A stretch of DNA of 61,036 bases, counting the filler, from Sphacelaria rigidula (taxonomy: Eukaryota): NCBI GenBank assembly GCA_964200075.2. It is 10 parts of 10 records of this genome, joined end to end, with 100 filler letters (N's around TTAATTAATTAA, not from the genome) between each part and the next. Parts side by side here need not be neighbours in the genome. Positions count along the whole stretch, not along the records: positions 24,457 to 30,470 come from CAXNAA020022792.1; positions 30,571 to 36,584 come from CAXNAA020022793.1; positions 36,685 to 42,697 come from CAXNAA020022794.1; 7 more parts are not named here. One strand, 5' to 3'. Positions 25,345-37,246 of the stretch are shown piece after piece. Under the pieces are notes generated by a model. That model was not told the origin of the DNA and ran no database searches. It saw only the letters and a list, made by a program, of their open reading frames with translations. A program made the position numbers and the translations under genes. Positions within the stretch are counted from its first letter, which is position 1; every line of letters starts with the position of its first letter.

Positions 25345-25940
25345 CGGCTTAGAACACGGACACGTACCAAGATTTCGCACATCGGACAGCTCATGAGCTA
25401 CCATGATATTACTTCTTATCAAAGTGCTAATCCGGATCTTGAGCTAGCTCATTTGGCCCCTATTTCCGTATTAGGTCCCGACGAGTGATGCTACGGGAGG
25501 GGTGCCCAAATATTTTCTGAGGTTAAAATTGTTAGGAGCCCTTGATCTCATGCAGAACACCACTTATGAAAATATGTAAAAGTACGCCGGGATCACTACT
25601 CCAATGTGCTGGGAATATCCCGGATGAATTTGCAAACGGGGACGCACTGACCCATATTCTTGTGCATCTAGAATCGATAGGAGCCCCTGAACCAGGCAAT
25701 ATTTTGCGAAAAAAGTGTACCCCTACCGTAGCATTGCTCCCACAGTAATGGACGCCGAGCACGTGTGGTGTAGCGGGAAGGTAACGCTTTGGCTTCTCGG
25801 ACACTCCTGTCACGTGTTTTCTGTTTTTGCAAACGGATCTGAGAGTTCTCTTTGATTACTTATTTCAGGTATGATTAGCTCATGAGCTGTCCGACGTGTG
25901 CAATATTTGATGGGCATGATCTGATGTCCGTGGTTAAGGA
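25345..25940. mobile_element. Inverted-repeat element (family L) hosting a family J MITE
   Basis: CACGGACA...TCGGACAGCTCATGAGCTA mirrored by TAGCTCATGAGCTGTCCGA...TGTCCGTG. Confidence 0.6.
25483..25739. mobile_element. Family J MITE (TIR GAG(C/T)(A/G)ATGCTACGGTAGGGGT), possibly PIF/Harbinger-like
   Basis: TIRs at both ends, homologous to 39435-40098, one TIR also at 42798-42815. TSD not clear. Confidence 0.8.
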
Positions 25941-25965
25941 CGTGAGGACGTGAGGGAGTAGCACA

Positions 25966-26195
25966 GAAAACATGAGGAGGGTCAACTCGGTGCGGCTGAG
26001 TGCTGATCCAATACGTGATACCGAAATGTCAGGAGGACAGAGTTGAACCGGGGGATTTTTTTTTTAAAGCGAAATAGACGCCTCCGCGAGAAACGGTGGA
26101 TGATGACAAGAATCATCCTAATTTCGCCCCGAGGTCCCGGTATCACGAATTGGATCAGCACTCTGCCGCACCGAGTTGACCCTCCTCATGTTTTC
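25966..26195. repeat. 58-bp near-perfect inverted repeat (25966-26023 and 26138-26195) built from the SINE central domain
   Basis: Two mismatches between arms, 114-bp spacer. Confidence 0.9.
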
Positions 26196-26371
26196 CCGAG
26201 TAAGGGAATGGGTTGGAAGAATGATGCATCCCCTCCCGTTCCCTCTCCCCCCACATCATATTCTCTCTTGTCCTGAGAGTGGGCTATAAAACCGTGGAGC
26301 TACCGTAACTGCCCCATAACTTTTTTTTTCTTCTTAGTGGAGCACCCCCCACAATGCCTTGAGCCACTGCT

Positions 26372-26445
26372 CGAGGCGCCTTCCCCACATGACTGCCGCG
26401 AGGTGGTCTAGCCGAGCGTTCGGGTAATCGGCACACCAACTCGCT
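26372..26445 (+). repeat. Family P dispersed repeat (reverse copy at about 40940-41016)
   Basis: CCCCACAT(G/A)ACTGCCGCG...CCGAGC...CGGGTAATCGGCA shared. Confidence 0.75.
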
Positions 26446-26522
26446 AGCGAAACTCGCCTGCGGGGTAAGTGTTGGGTTGAGTTTTCTCCTTCCGTCAAGG
26501 GAAAATTAAACTCTGAGTGACG

Positions 26523-26757
26523 CCGCGGTAGCCTCCCCCTCACAAACCAGCCCCAACTATGTCGCGAAAAAAATGCCCACACAGCTCATACAGTTGGTTT
26601 CAGACTGAATGGAGCGTCTCATATAGGCGACATTGGCGAAAACGATCCTTGGCATGGCAGTTCCAAGCTTTTCGGTGTGCTCCGCCCTTGTATATCATGA
26701 TTCGTATGTAGATTTTGCTTCCTCAAACCAGCCAATTTTCTGGGGGGGCTATCGCGG
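26523..26757. mobile_element. Family M MITE (CCGCGATAGCCCCC...GGGGGCTATCGCGG); also about 39143-39370 and 48259-48488, related TIRs at 31439-31673
   Basis: Shared TIRs and body (CAAACCAGCC, CA(T/C)TGGCGAAAAC, GTGTGCTC). Confidence 0.85.
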
Positions 26758-26849
26758 CGCCACTCCTCATCGCGTCGTTTTTTTCTGTACCACCACAGCT
26801 GAGATCCATCGATAGCACTGTGCAATGCGGTCACTACACAAAAAGTCAC

Positions 26850-26987
26850 CTCCTTAAAGTTGATCTTGAAGAGCGACTGAAGAGGCTCCAGCGCGTTCAC
26901 GGTCGCGGCCGTGATTTCGGGTCCGATTCCGTCTCCCGGCAAAAGCATGACGTCATAGCTGTCCTTCGCCTCAACGACCATCGAAAG
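26850..26987 (-). CDS. leuB: Exon of 3-isopropylmalate dehydrogenase (IPMDH/ICDH family), N-terminus, probably plastid-targeted
   Basis: 138-bp phase 0-0 exon, TTTTGAACAG acceptor, GAG|GTGACT donor, family motif LLPGDGIGPEIT. A possible transit-peptide exon lies at 28193-28243 (weak). An NAD-IDH or homoisocitrate DH paralog is not excluded. Confidence 0.75.
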
Positions 26988-27279
26988 CTGTTCAAAATAA
27001 AATAGAAAAAAAAAAACAAGGAAGTGGAGAGAGGAAGAAGTGAAGAAAACGGCTGCTCGAGTCACGAGGAAAATCAAACCGTGACAGAAACTATAAAATC
27101 ATATTTGTACCATAACAACACAAAAAAAAAACATGACCGGTGCGAGTCATACAACGCAGAAAAATAAACAGATCCCATGATGCATTTTCGTATTCATTTC
27201 ATCATGGCATCAGATGCAGTGGGACCATGTGGTACTTCCGACGGTAACGAGAGCATAAGCCCCAGACTTGTTCTTGTTA

Positions 27280-27455
27280 GGGGGGGGGCGTGTTCATTTG
27301 TTGCTTTCCTTAGTCATTTGACCATCGCTTTTTTCAGGGGGGGGCGTACCCATTTGTTGCTTGCCTTGGTCGTGTGACCTTTGACCACGCATCCCTTGCG
27401 AGACGGAGCAGTTCTTTTCAAGGGGGGAAATTCTCTCTGAACCAGGCCCCCCAAA
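27280..27455 (-). mobile_element. Family N, a diverged relative of family A; two tandem partial copies (also about 35116-35200 and 36508-36584)
   Basis: G-run followed by GTACTCATTTGTTGCTTGCCTTAGTCATTTGACCATTGACCACGCA aligns to the family A fixed end. Confidence 0.8.
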
Positions 27456-29824
27456 CCCATGGTTCAACATGCTATGTATGTACCCGCACGTACCATACGG
27501 CATGCTCCTGCACTTAGTTTATGCAGGCATGCACTGTATAGCTATGTGCTTCAGCTGCGTGTACATCTGTGCGGTAGAGCGGCGGTACTGGCTGCACTGC
27601 ACTGCGGTGCACTGTGTGTGCGGTCCGTACTGTGCGGTGTGTGCAGCTGTACTTCATGCATGAATGTACCGTCTGTATGGTCACCTGGAGTTTGCTTAAT
27701 GGGAGGCGTTTTCGACATACGCCTTCTCCGACGAATGTTGATTCATCAGAGAAAGATTCCCTTTTTTCGACCAGATGGACTGGAAAAGCACATGCATGAG
27801 AACACTCCCGACCTCGGGGGATTTTTTTCCACGAGAAGGGCTCCGAGTCTGGACTCCCTCCCCCGCGATGTTCAAGTCAGAAATTGTTCTTTCGCATCAC
27901 AACAGCGGCCCCACTAGCAAATTTGGTCAGGGTGACTGTCACCCAAACATTTGTTGACCCTTCGGCTGGGACCCTTCTCATAGGCCGCCTCACAAATTCC
28001 AAGGTCTATTTGCGGTTCAGGATAATTACTTATTCAAGAGACAAAACGCCTCTCTATATGTGGCTACACGGATGCTGAGAAGTATACATGAATCAGTACC
28101 GAAAAAACCCTGAATGGTTTCTAGGCTCAGGTGAAGTCCATGTACGGTAAGTGTTTATGTCTTCTCTGACCCGTTTTCGTGGGGGTACATACTCTCATGG
28201 TTTGCAAGTGGTATGCGCTGGCCGTGCCCCGGTTCCTGCTGCGCTATACGCGAACAAAATACAAAAGTCCCCTCCTACTAGATGTGGTTCCACAGTCTGT
28301 GAAGTAGTCTTGGTACTGTACTTTTGAGGAAGCGCTGGCACAAACTGGAGCATGATGATCTTGCGCACGTTACATCGTTTCAACTGCGCTTACCCTCGTA
28401 CTGCTTCATGCTGCTGATACTGTACCGATCATGCATGTAAAACGTTTGTCATCGGTGCTTACAAAACTGTTGTTGTCGTCTCCACATTAAAAAAACCGTT
28501 CCGACATCTGCGCGGCACATCCGTACTGGGCATCGGATGCGGACACCTTCCGTGGTCACAGGCTAGCCACCTATTACAACCACGACACAACCAAGGTGTC
28601 ATATCCTTCCCCACTGCACGGTCTCCTGCACGCTGTCCCCGTCTCGGCTTCGTGTTTTATAACAACATTACACCGTGCAGAATTTCTTGACAGGGCAACA
28701 AGAGCCAGGCAGTGCGCAAAGACCACACGACCGGAACAATGACAGCCTTTTTTGCTCGCTTTGTCTACGGTTCGGCGGCCGGTACCCAAACGATCAAATA
28801 TCGAATACAGCTTGGCTGCGAGGTGGTTGTTCTGTAGGGGAACGAGGTTATCAAATCGATAATTAAAAACAATTAAAACGTTCGCTCCCCTCCCTTGGGG
28901 CTTCGTTTCCCGCCTAGAACTTTCTTTCGGAAATTTCCAGACACGCATGGTTGACATCGTAAGCATTTCGGTTCATCTGGGGATAGCTGCTTCCCTTCAT
29001 TCACGAAAAACACCTCTCCACCTTCTTGAAACTCCTAGGTGTCCCTGGACTGCCGACCAGCGAAACTGAACAAAGGCGAGGCTCGCAGCCCAAGGCTCAC
29101 CAAGCTTAACTTCTCGCTCTTGTTGTGTCGCGCCCCGGGTTTGGGATCCCAGCTCTCACCTCGGAAAGGCGTCGCCGTTTTAGCCGACTGCAGCTCACTC
29201 GTCGATGCACTACATGCAGTACGGTACAGTCAGGGGGCAGTATACAGGCTGGGCCGCCTAAAAAGCTCCCTTCTCTTCAGCCCGTTTCAACAGACGATGT
29301 ATCGCGACTTGCGCCTACTATTATATGAAACATCGTGGTAATCGGCAAATCAGCGCGCGTCTTCAAATCCATGTAGCACTGCGATCCGACAAGGTCTCAT
29401 CAAACGAAATACCAAACTGTAGTCAAGTACGACGTGTAGAGAGTTGAGGGTACCATGTGCGGCGGAATTTGACAAAAAAAAGGCTGAAATAGGATTTTCG
29501 GTTACAGTCGGTTGTGCCGCGTGGTGCCGCACAAGCTGCGGTTGTACAACAACACATATCGCACTAGGTGCGCAATGTCTCAAGACGGCACGCAGACGAG
29601 GCGCCCTGCACGCCAAGGCGTCTGGTATTACGGGGAACATTGTTAGGGACAAAACACGCGCGAAGACAGAAATTCAAGAAAAAATTATGTGACTGATAAT
29701 TTTAGTCATGCCCGTTTACACGATATTTTCATCTGCAGTTTGTAGACAAAACCAAAGGGAGGACATGTGTAGTGATATGCATTGGGCACACCGTACAAAA
29801 GCTGGCAACTGTGGCTTTCTTTCG

Positions 29825-30281
29825 ATGGTGGTCTCGTCCTCAGGCGTACCGTACAGCATGCAAGAGGTCATGTTGATTATGACAGCACTATTTATTGTAC
29901 GGGGGGAGGAACGCCGTCCCCACGTCCCTGAAGAAACACGCAAACGACATATCGAAGATATCTGGGAATAGGAACGAGGGAGCTCTCGAAACCGTTTTTC
30001 AAAACTTGAAAATGCGCTTGAGATATGCCCAACTGAAGTGGGGGTTTCCAGATCACAGCGTGCCCCACAGCTATGCCCGCAAGAGAGGTAGGAAAACAGC
30101 AGCGCCTCCTGGCACTGCTCCAATAGTGGCGAGAAGAGATAAACCATACGTGTACACTAAGAGGAAGGAGGTAGAAAGGCGTGAAGAAGCCGTGGCTGCA
30201 CAGGAAGAAGTCGTTGCTCAGACAAGGCAGCCGCTGTTTCTCAACAGGTGTAGGTGTGGCATGCCATACCTCAACCCCTGA
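29825..30281 (+). pseudogene. Myb/SANT-like domain protein with a frameshift near 29893 (pseudogene or consensus error)
   Basis: PYSMQEVMLIMTAL / YGG...ISKISGNRNEGALETVFQNLK matches SANT helix spacing, followed by basic RKRGRK. Confidence 0.3.
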
Positions 30282-30570
30282 TTCATGATCGGTGGGGCGC
30301 AAACACAAGGGAAATTCACGAAATGGGCCTTACCTTCCCGCGTGCATATTTTTTATTGCTCCTATGTTGCTGCGTGTTGATCGCGTGGACCTTGCGGTTC
30401 ATCCGAGCTATCGTTTGTTGAATTTGACGTCGACACGCCGGAGATATGGCATGTCGGATCTCAACCCATANNNNNNNNNNNNNNNNNNNNNNNNNNNNNN
30501 NNNNNNNNNNNNNNTTAATTAATTAANNNNNNNNNNNNNNNNNNNNNNNNNNNNNNNNNNNNNNNNNNNN

Positions 30571-30630
30571 GATTGACCGCTTTTCACTCTCAATCGTATC
30601 ATCTACTCTCAATCTCACGAAAACACTGTT
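30571..30630. mobile_element. Family G MITE terminus
   Basis: CACTCTCAATCGTATC...CTCTCAATCTCACGAAAACACTGTT matches the family G TIR. Confidence 0.8.
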
Positions 30631-30978
30631 GATGGTGGTCGAGCTGGACCGTATCGTGCGGGGTGATCCTCAATTCCGTGCAAGGGGAGTGATCATATTA
30701 CGCAGTATTTAAATGGTGAGACACTCATGAGGCAGTGGAAGTGGCGATACCAGAAAATGAAGCAATTCATCCAAGGCTGTCATCTATGTGCAAGATAACC
30801 AGTACGCTTCCGAACGAACGATATTCGAAGGATGCAGCTCATTGCTCATGTGACCCGCCGGAGATCTCACGGCGCTTCGCGCTTGGTGAATGATTGCGAG
30901 CCTGGTCCGGCGAAAACCCGGCGTGCTCCATCCCGCCTTTGCAGGGATGCAAGATCCATGGGTACACCCCTCCCCCCC
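30631..30978 (+). mobile_element. Family A repeat ending in GGGTACACCCCTCCCCCCC
   Basis: Collinear with about 38748-39145. Confidence 0.88.
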
Positions 30979-33825
30979 GAAACATGGTCGCTTTAGGTGC
31001 CTTGATCTGGCACGTGGCAATGACTCGTCTAAGTCCTACGCCAACCAAAGATTTTGACAAAGCAATGGAAGAAAAGGTGAACAAATGCGGCAATCGTCGG
31101 AGAGGGGTCGTATCTCGCGCGCTTGCCTCCGGGATCTACAGCCCTCTGCTCCGAGTCCCCACTTCCCATCCCTATTTTTTTCGCTCAGGTTTATTACGCG
31201 TGCCTACTTCTTCTGTGCGTGTTGACACTGGGATAGCGAGCACGTTGCACGAGGTCTGTAACGTCCAAATTTGAGGTTACAGGCACCCCAGTGGCCACCC
31301 GTGAAGTGAAAGAGGGATATGTTCTAGTAGTGAGAGTGACGGTAATATTCGTGGACGGTGGGGTGCGCAGCTGGCACAGGGGTTGGGTTGTTGGGTTCAT
31401 CTCGTGATGGGTGAGAGGTCAAGTGCTACGGACTAATGCCGAGATAGCCCCCCCACAAAAAGTGCACCGGAGACCGGCCGACAAACCGGCTGCGATCCCG
31501 TTACTGGGCTCATTTGCAGCAATTTTGCCCACGCGGGAGGCGTGTAGCAATCCAAAATCAGCTATAATGCCCAAATGAGTCGCGTCGTGCAGCACCAAGC
31601 CAGCTCTAACGGCATTTATGGCCATCGCCTTCGTGCACTTTTTGGGCCGGTTCGGGGGGGGGGGCTATCTCGGCAGCAGTCTACGGAAATTCAATCCGCG
31701 ATAAAGGATGTCAGGCATGTACCGGGGGATATGTGGGTTGACTCCTTGGAACTACGCTGACTGTTTAGCTCAGTGGATATGTTGTATATCCAACATACGG
31801 AACTTCCCCGAAGACGGGGAGCGAAGGTGTTAAAATAGTGACGGGAAGAAATACAGCGTATGTTCGCACCGCCAAGTGGCCGGCACGTGCTCAACTCGCG
31901 GACGATTTCCTGAGGACCCTCTAGAACTTTCATGTGCGATTCGTGCTCCGGCAGAAGAAGCACCCGCTTAACTCGTTGACTTCAAAGATATCCACTTGTG
32001 TCCATACTAAATATCATCATTCAGGGCCGTTTTCATGCCAACCCTGGACAACTCTCGTGTGTGAATAACGCTCCAGCAGCAAAGACCTCAACAAATTTGC
32101 AGTCTCAAGCCGATTGATGACCAATCGTTCCTTTAGCTCTGAATGACCATATGCGGGACGGTTAGCTCATCCTCGAGACCGACTACACGAAACCTGGGAG
32201 AAATAAGCAGAAAGCATAGCGGCTACCGAGCAATGATAAAAATCCAAGATAACATACCCTTGTCAGGAACAAGCATTGCTCCTCGAAACACGATCACCGT
32301 ACCATCCGGGAAACACTACTGAATGCATGTGTGTACCCACGTTCAAGCACTACTCAACTATTTTTTCACCCATCACTACCTCTCTTGTCTTTTCACAGCG
32401 ACGGTGGACTTTACCCCGCCTCAAAAGCGACCCTCCAGTGATTGTCTGCGGATGTCGCACGACACGCATACTCGTCTACATACATTCACCCAGCAAGTAA
32501 TGTATCCTGTCTGTGCACAACGCTTTTCTCCCACGTTAACGAACTAGTATACGGTGACGACAAGATTCTGGTTGACTACAAAGTTACGCCCAAACAGGAA
32601 TATTACATGTATATATACAACCAATCCTCGTGCATAGACGCACACATATTGCTACGAAAAACGGTCCACCCCTCATTTCTCCATCGTTCGCTCCAAACGA
32701 CCGCATACCTTTTTTGAGTTCATAACTACAGATAATTTTAGGCTTGTATGCACAAATGCACGCACAGCAGGGGCGGGAAGCCGCAAAGCAGTAATCTTGG
32801 GCACGCGAAAGTGCTTATGGCGCCCCTGCTTCCTTCAAAGCAGAGGGTATGCGGCAGCAGTCGATACAGATGGCGCTACCTACTACGCGCATGTTGTAAA
32901 TTTCCCAAGACCACTATATAATTAACAGCACACGGGTCGAACCGCAGCACACAGGAACAGACGGGCACACTGCTTCTTGCCGAATATATACAACAACAAA
33001 TTGCCGTAGTGCTTGAAGACACGTTATCCCCCAATCTTTGTTTCCACCCACGATATGTACTGGGAAAATATTCATTTTTTCACACACTGCGTGCTTGCGA
33101 GGGTATCCCCTGTCTGCTTTGGTAGAAAATATACTTCTCTCAAGGCTGAACCTGCAACGCGTACTACCCACCGCAACCCGCTCCCCCCACATATACAAGT
33201 GTGGTACAAGGAACACAGGACAACGGTTCACGCCGTTGAGCCCATCCTCCCCGCCCATCCGACCGAAGGTGGCATCATACCTCAAAACGCCCGCGGCGCG
33301 ACATACGCCCACGGGACTGAACTCAGACCAACCAAGCAACCAAGCGACCGACCATCAATCCTCTTTGTTCTCCTTTGAGATGATATCAACCGTTTCATAA
33401 TACCCCACTCGACGACCGCGACCACTAATCTCCCAGTGACGATTTCGTCGCGTCTTCATTGACGATGGACTTGTCGACGTTCACTACAACGGTAGGCGTT
33501 TCCATTTTCTTCTCCACCTTTCACACTCGCTTCCCAGTTGAAATGTGCCCAAATGTGTCTGTATATACATGTCTCGATACGCCTCCTTGCCAGAGGAACC
33601 GATACGTTATTAGCAGTCCCGCGAGGGGAAGGGTCTCCTGGCATCCACCTCCAGTAACACATTCCGCACGCTGGAGGGAGGAAGCACGGAGGTGCTTATG
33701 TACACTAAATACAACACACATGTTGACAGAAGGGCGCTCCGGAGCCACAAACACAAGTATTCCCTCCCTCACCCCTGCACCCCTACTTCCACTCCGTCCC
33801 TTGCTTTCCTTTCCTAGTTCAAGAA

Positions 33826-34164
33826 TCAGGATAAGAAACGCAAATAGATTTCCAGAGGGTTATTGGTGGCTGCCGATCCCATGACAGCTGCGTCCACGAA
33901 GCTGCTTACAAGCGGGGCCGCCGTAAGGAACTGCATGGCAGATAAACCTTTAGCATCGATGAGCCTTCTGGCGTAAAGAGTCGGGGCAAGCAGAGCAAGG
34001 GAGCTCCCGGTGGCCAGCGCCATGTACGCGTGAAACAGTAATGCCGGGGTGTCGGGGTACACCGCGGCTAGCTGATGCACCCAGTTCCCACCGACCAGGG
34101 TTGCGTACAGGTGCGGCGCGTTGAAGACAAAGTTGGCGTAAGTGCCGAGGCGATTAATTTTGAC
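33826..34164 (-). CDS. Probable terminal exon of an unidentified membrane protein
   Basis: CAG acceptor, 112 open codons, hydrophobic segments, GC3-rich. Confidence 0.45.
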   Translation of the reverse strand, partial: VKINRLGTYANFVFNAPHLYATLVGGNWVHQLAAVYPDTPALLFHAYMALATGSSLALLAPTLYARRLIDAKGLSAMQFLTAAPLVSSFVDAAVMGSAATNNPLEIYLRFLS

Positions 34165-34203
34165 CTGGTTATTCGTTTCACGATAGGAACATATAGTGTG
34201 AGA

Positions 34204-35105
34204 GGGGAGGGGAGGGGAGGGGAGGGTATTCATGATTTTGCATGCCGTAGTCATATAACCTTTGATTTCGTATCCCTGCAAAGCCGGGACGGAGAACGCC
34301 GAAGCGCCGTGATGTGTTCGGCGGGTCGCATGAGGGGTGAGCTGCATCCGTCGAATATTATTCGGCCGGAAACATACTGATTGTCTTGCATATGGATAAC
34401 AGCCTCCAATGAATTCTTTCATTTTCTGGTATCGCAGCTTTCAGAGACAGTCACGGGATACCCACAGCCATGGGTGTCTCATAATGCGAACACTACGTCT
34501 TACGATCAACCCCTTTGTGCGTAGTTCAGGTTCTCCACCCCGAACAACATGATGCACCCCGAACAACAGCATGTTTACCGCAAAAAATGCAAGCGAATAA
34601 AGGGTAATCTGGCTTTCTAGCTCACGCAATGACTGTGATATTTTAGAGCGTCGTTGCCAGCCGACAACAGTCTATCATCGAAATAGAAGATAGAGCTTTT
34701 GATTGAGGATGAGAACCTGGAGGATTGAAATCTGCGTATCCACACCAAATATTCAAACCATGGTTCCGTTCCTTCACCTACTGGTCGCTATTGGCAACTG
34801 CTACACGCCCTGTGAATTCGGATTTCGATAACCGAAATGTTGGGGTCCTAGATGAAGAAACAATTTTGGGGGGGTTAGGTGATCCGATCGAATCGCCGAA
34901 ATACCTCAAAATCGGTTATCGAAATCCAAATTTATATGGTGTGTAGTACTTGTCAATAGCTACCAGAAGGTGAAAGAAATGGAACCATATTTTGAAGATT
35001 TGGTGTGGATATGCAGATGCTAATCCTTCGGGGTCTCACCCTCAATGAAAAGCTTTACCTTTAATTTCGATGATCGGCTGTTTGACGCCAACCCTGAAAT
35101 GGCGG
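34204..35105 (-). mobile_element. Family A repeat split by a family D foldback element
   Basis: Aligns to 38640-39145 and resumes after 35081 (GCCAACCC). G-rich runs on both sides. Confidence 0.85.
34667..35081. mobile_element. Family D foldback MITE (AACAG...CTGTT) with 4-bp TSD CGAC/TGAC
   Basis: Long inverted arms, homologous to 53764-54193 and 48738-48810. Confidence 0.88.
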
Positions 35106-35805
35106 GGAAGAGGAGAGGGGGGGGGAAGGTGTGCTAATTTGTTGCTTGCCTTAGTAATTTGACCATTGAGCAGGCATCTCTTTCGAGGAAACGGGGGGGG
35201 GCGGGGTTGGCGGGGCAAGCTAAACATGATGAAGCATTATCAAAGCCATTTCGCATCATGGGGAAAACATCTACTCGGAGATGACAGATGGATGCCCAAT
35301 GATTACCGAAGATACCGGAGTTGATTGATGGATTGAATGATTGCCGCATATCAACTGATCCCCGAGGAATATATCATAGCCGTGGTCATTGTCCACAAGA
35401 TTCACGTACCTACGGTAAGCAGAGCAGAAACTCTCGCTAAAGGAAACTCGAGAAAGGGAGAAGACGGAGAAAAGAAGGAAATACAGAGCGAACGGAGCGA
35501 GTTCAATACAAACGAAAGATAAGAAAGAACTTGAAAAACAAAAAAAACGAATGAAAGGGCAGGAGAGGAGACGAAAGAAAAAATGCTTCCTACGAGTGTG
35601 AGAATATAAATAGTGATTGGCAAAAAATCCCAGCATCAACGGGGTGAAGAAGGATGGACCACGTCTTTTGAGAGAAGGACGAGGAGGTGAAGAAGTTCTT
35701 CGTACTTATCGGAATCTTCAGTCGTGTTTGGGAGAAGTGCTGGCAGCGTCTGCCAATCAGTATGAATTGCGTTGGTTGCGCTTGCAGCCAGTATCCCATA
35801 CATAC

Positions 35806-36434
35806 CAAATATATGCTTAAAACGTGTATCGCAATACCGAATATCTCATCAGCCAGTAGTGCGTAGCCCCAACTTCGTACGAGTATCCCTCCCACATAAG
35901 CCTGAATAAGAGTATCGCCTTCTTCCACATCATACATAAACATGGGTATAGTGAACGCGATCAAAGACTTGATCCTCGCCTCCTCTCTACAGTATAGTTG
36001 AACACCTCGATCACCTCATCCTCCTCATCCCCCCTGCGCATGGTGACTTTCCCGCTCCTGCGCAACTTGCCGCCGGATGCCCGTACGAGCTCTCTTGCCC
36101 GAGCGTTATTCGCGATGGTCTCCTCTGCCTCCACTGTACCGATCACGAGAACAGCAAGCGATGCCGCGGCAAGCCAAGGATCTGCGGAAGCCATAGATGC
36201 CGGGTAGGACCCTGAAACATACCACGCCATCCACAGCTGTATGACGGCGACGCACAGGCCAGTCAGCACCCAGCTGCGCGTATCGGCCATGGGGATGGCG
36301 GTGAGTATGTTGGCGAGCCCGGCTCCAAGGATGAGAAGGGGAATTGCCGTGCCTGTTTCGAGCTGCGGCACGCCAGTGAAGATCTCGAGGCCCATAACAT
36401 TGAGGAGCCACAGAGATCCCCCGAGGAGATACAG
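35806..36434 (-). CDS. Exon of an unidentified multi-pass membrane protein with a frameshift near 35990, likely the same gene as 33826-34164
   Basis: CATCAG acceptor, TTG|GTATGT donor, several hydrophobic helices across two overlapping ORFs. Confidence 0.45.
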
Positions 36435-36684
36435 CTGATGAATGGAATGATGATTCGGAATATGGGTGGAGGGGGGAAACAGTGCCGGGGGTTCGGAAGT
36501 TGGGTCGGCGGGAGGGGGGCGTACTCATTTGTTGCTTGCCTTAGTCATTTGACCATTGACCACGCACCCCTTTCGAGACGGAGCNNNNNNNNNNNNNNNN
36601 NNNNNNNNNNNNNNNNNNNNNNNNNNNNTTAATTAATTAANNNNNNNNNNNNNNNNNNNNNNNNNNNNNNNNNNNNNNNNNNNN

Positions 36685-37090
36685 CGCATTCCTACACAGC
36701 CGGGACGGAGCACGCCGGGTTCTCGCCAGACCAGGCCTTTTTTTTGGGGGGGGGGGAAGGGTTGAACTCATGATCTTGCACGCTGCAGTCACATGACCAT
36801 TGACCTCGCATTCCTACACAGCCGGGACGGAACACGCCGGGTTCTCGCCGGACCAGGCTTGCACTCAACCACTAAGCGCGAGGCGCCGTGGTGTGTTTCG
36901 CGCGTCGCATTAAGGGTGAGCTGCATCCTGCTGAGATTGTTCGGCCCGAAGCGTACTCATGATCTTGACTTTGGATGATAGCCTACAATAAATTGCTTCA
37001 TTTTCTGGTATCGCCGCTTCTAGAGACGTCACGACTCAAACACTGCCTCATGGATGTCTAACCATGCTGGGTTTTTTGGGGGGGGGGCAT
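36685..37090 (-). mobile_element. Two tandem family A segments joined by a T-run and G-run
   Basis: 36685-36735 duplicates 36807-36857. G-runs at about 36746 and 37078. Confidence 0.85.
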
Positions 37091-37246
37091 GCTGCCTTCC
37101 CTTTATTTATTTATTTGCGGGGGGGGGGCTATGGCGGGATTCATCTGTAGTATAATGTATTTACTTTGAGTGGGCGGAGATCAACAGGAGCGGTGACCCC
37201 TTTATTACCGCACGTGGTATTATGGTACGAGTATGTACGAACAGAT

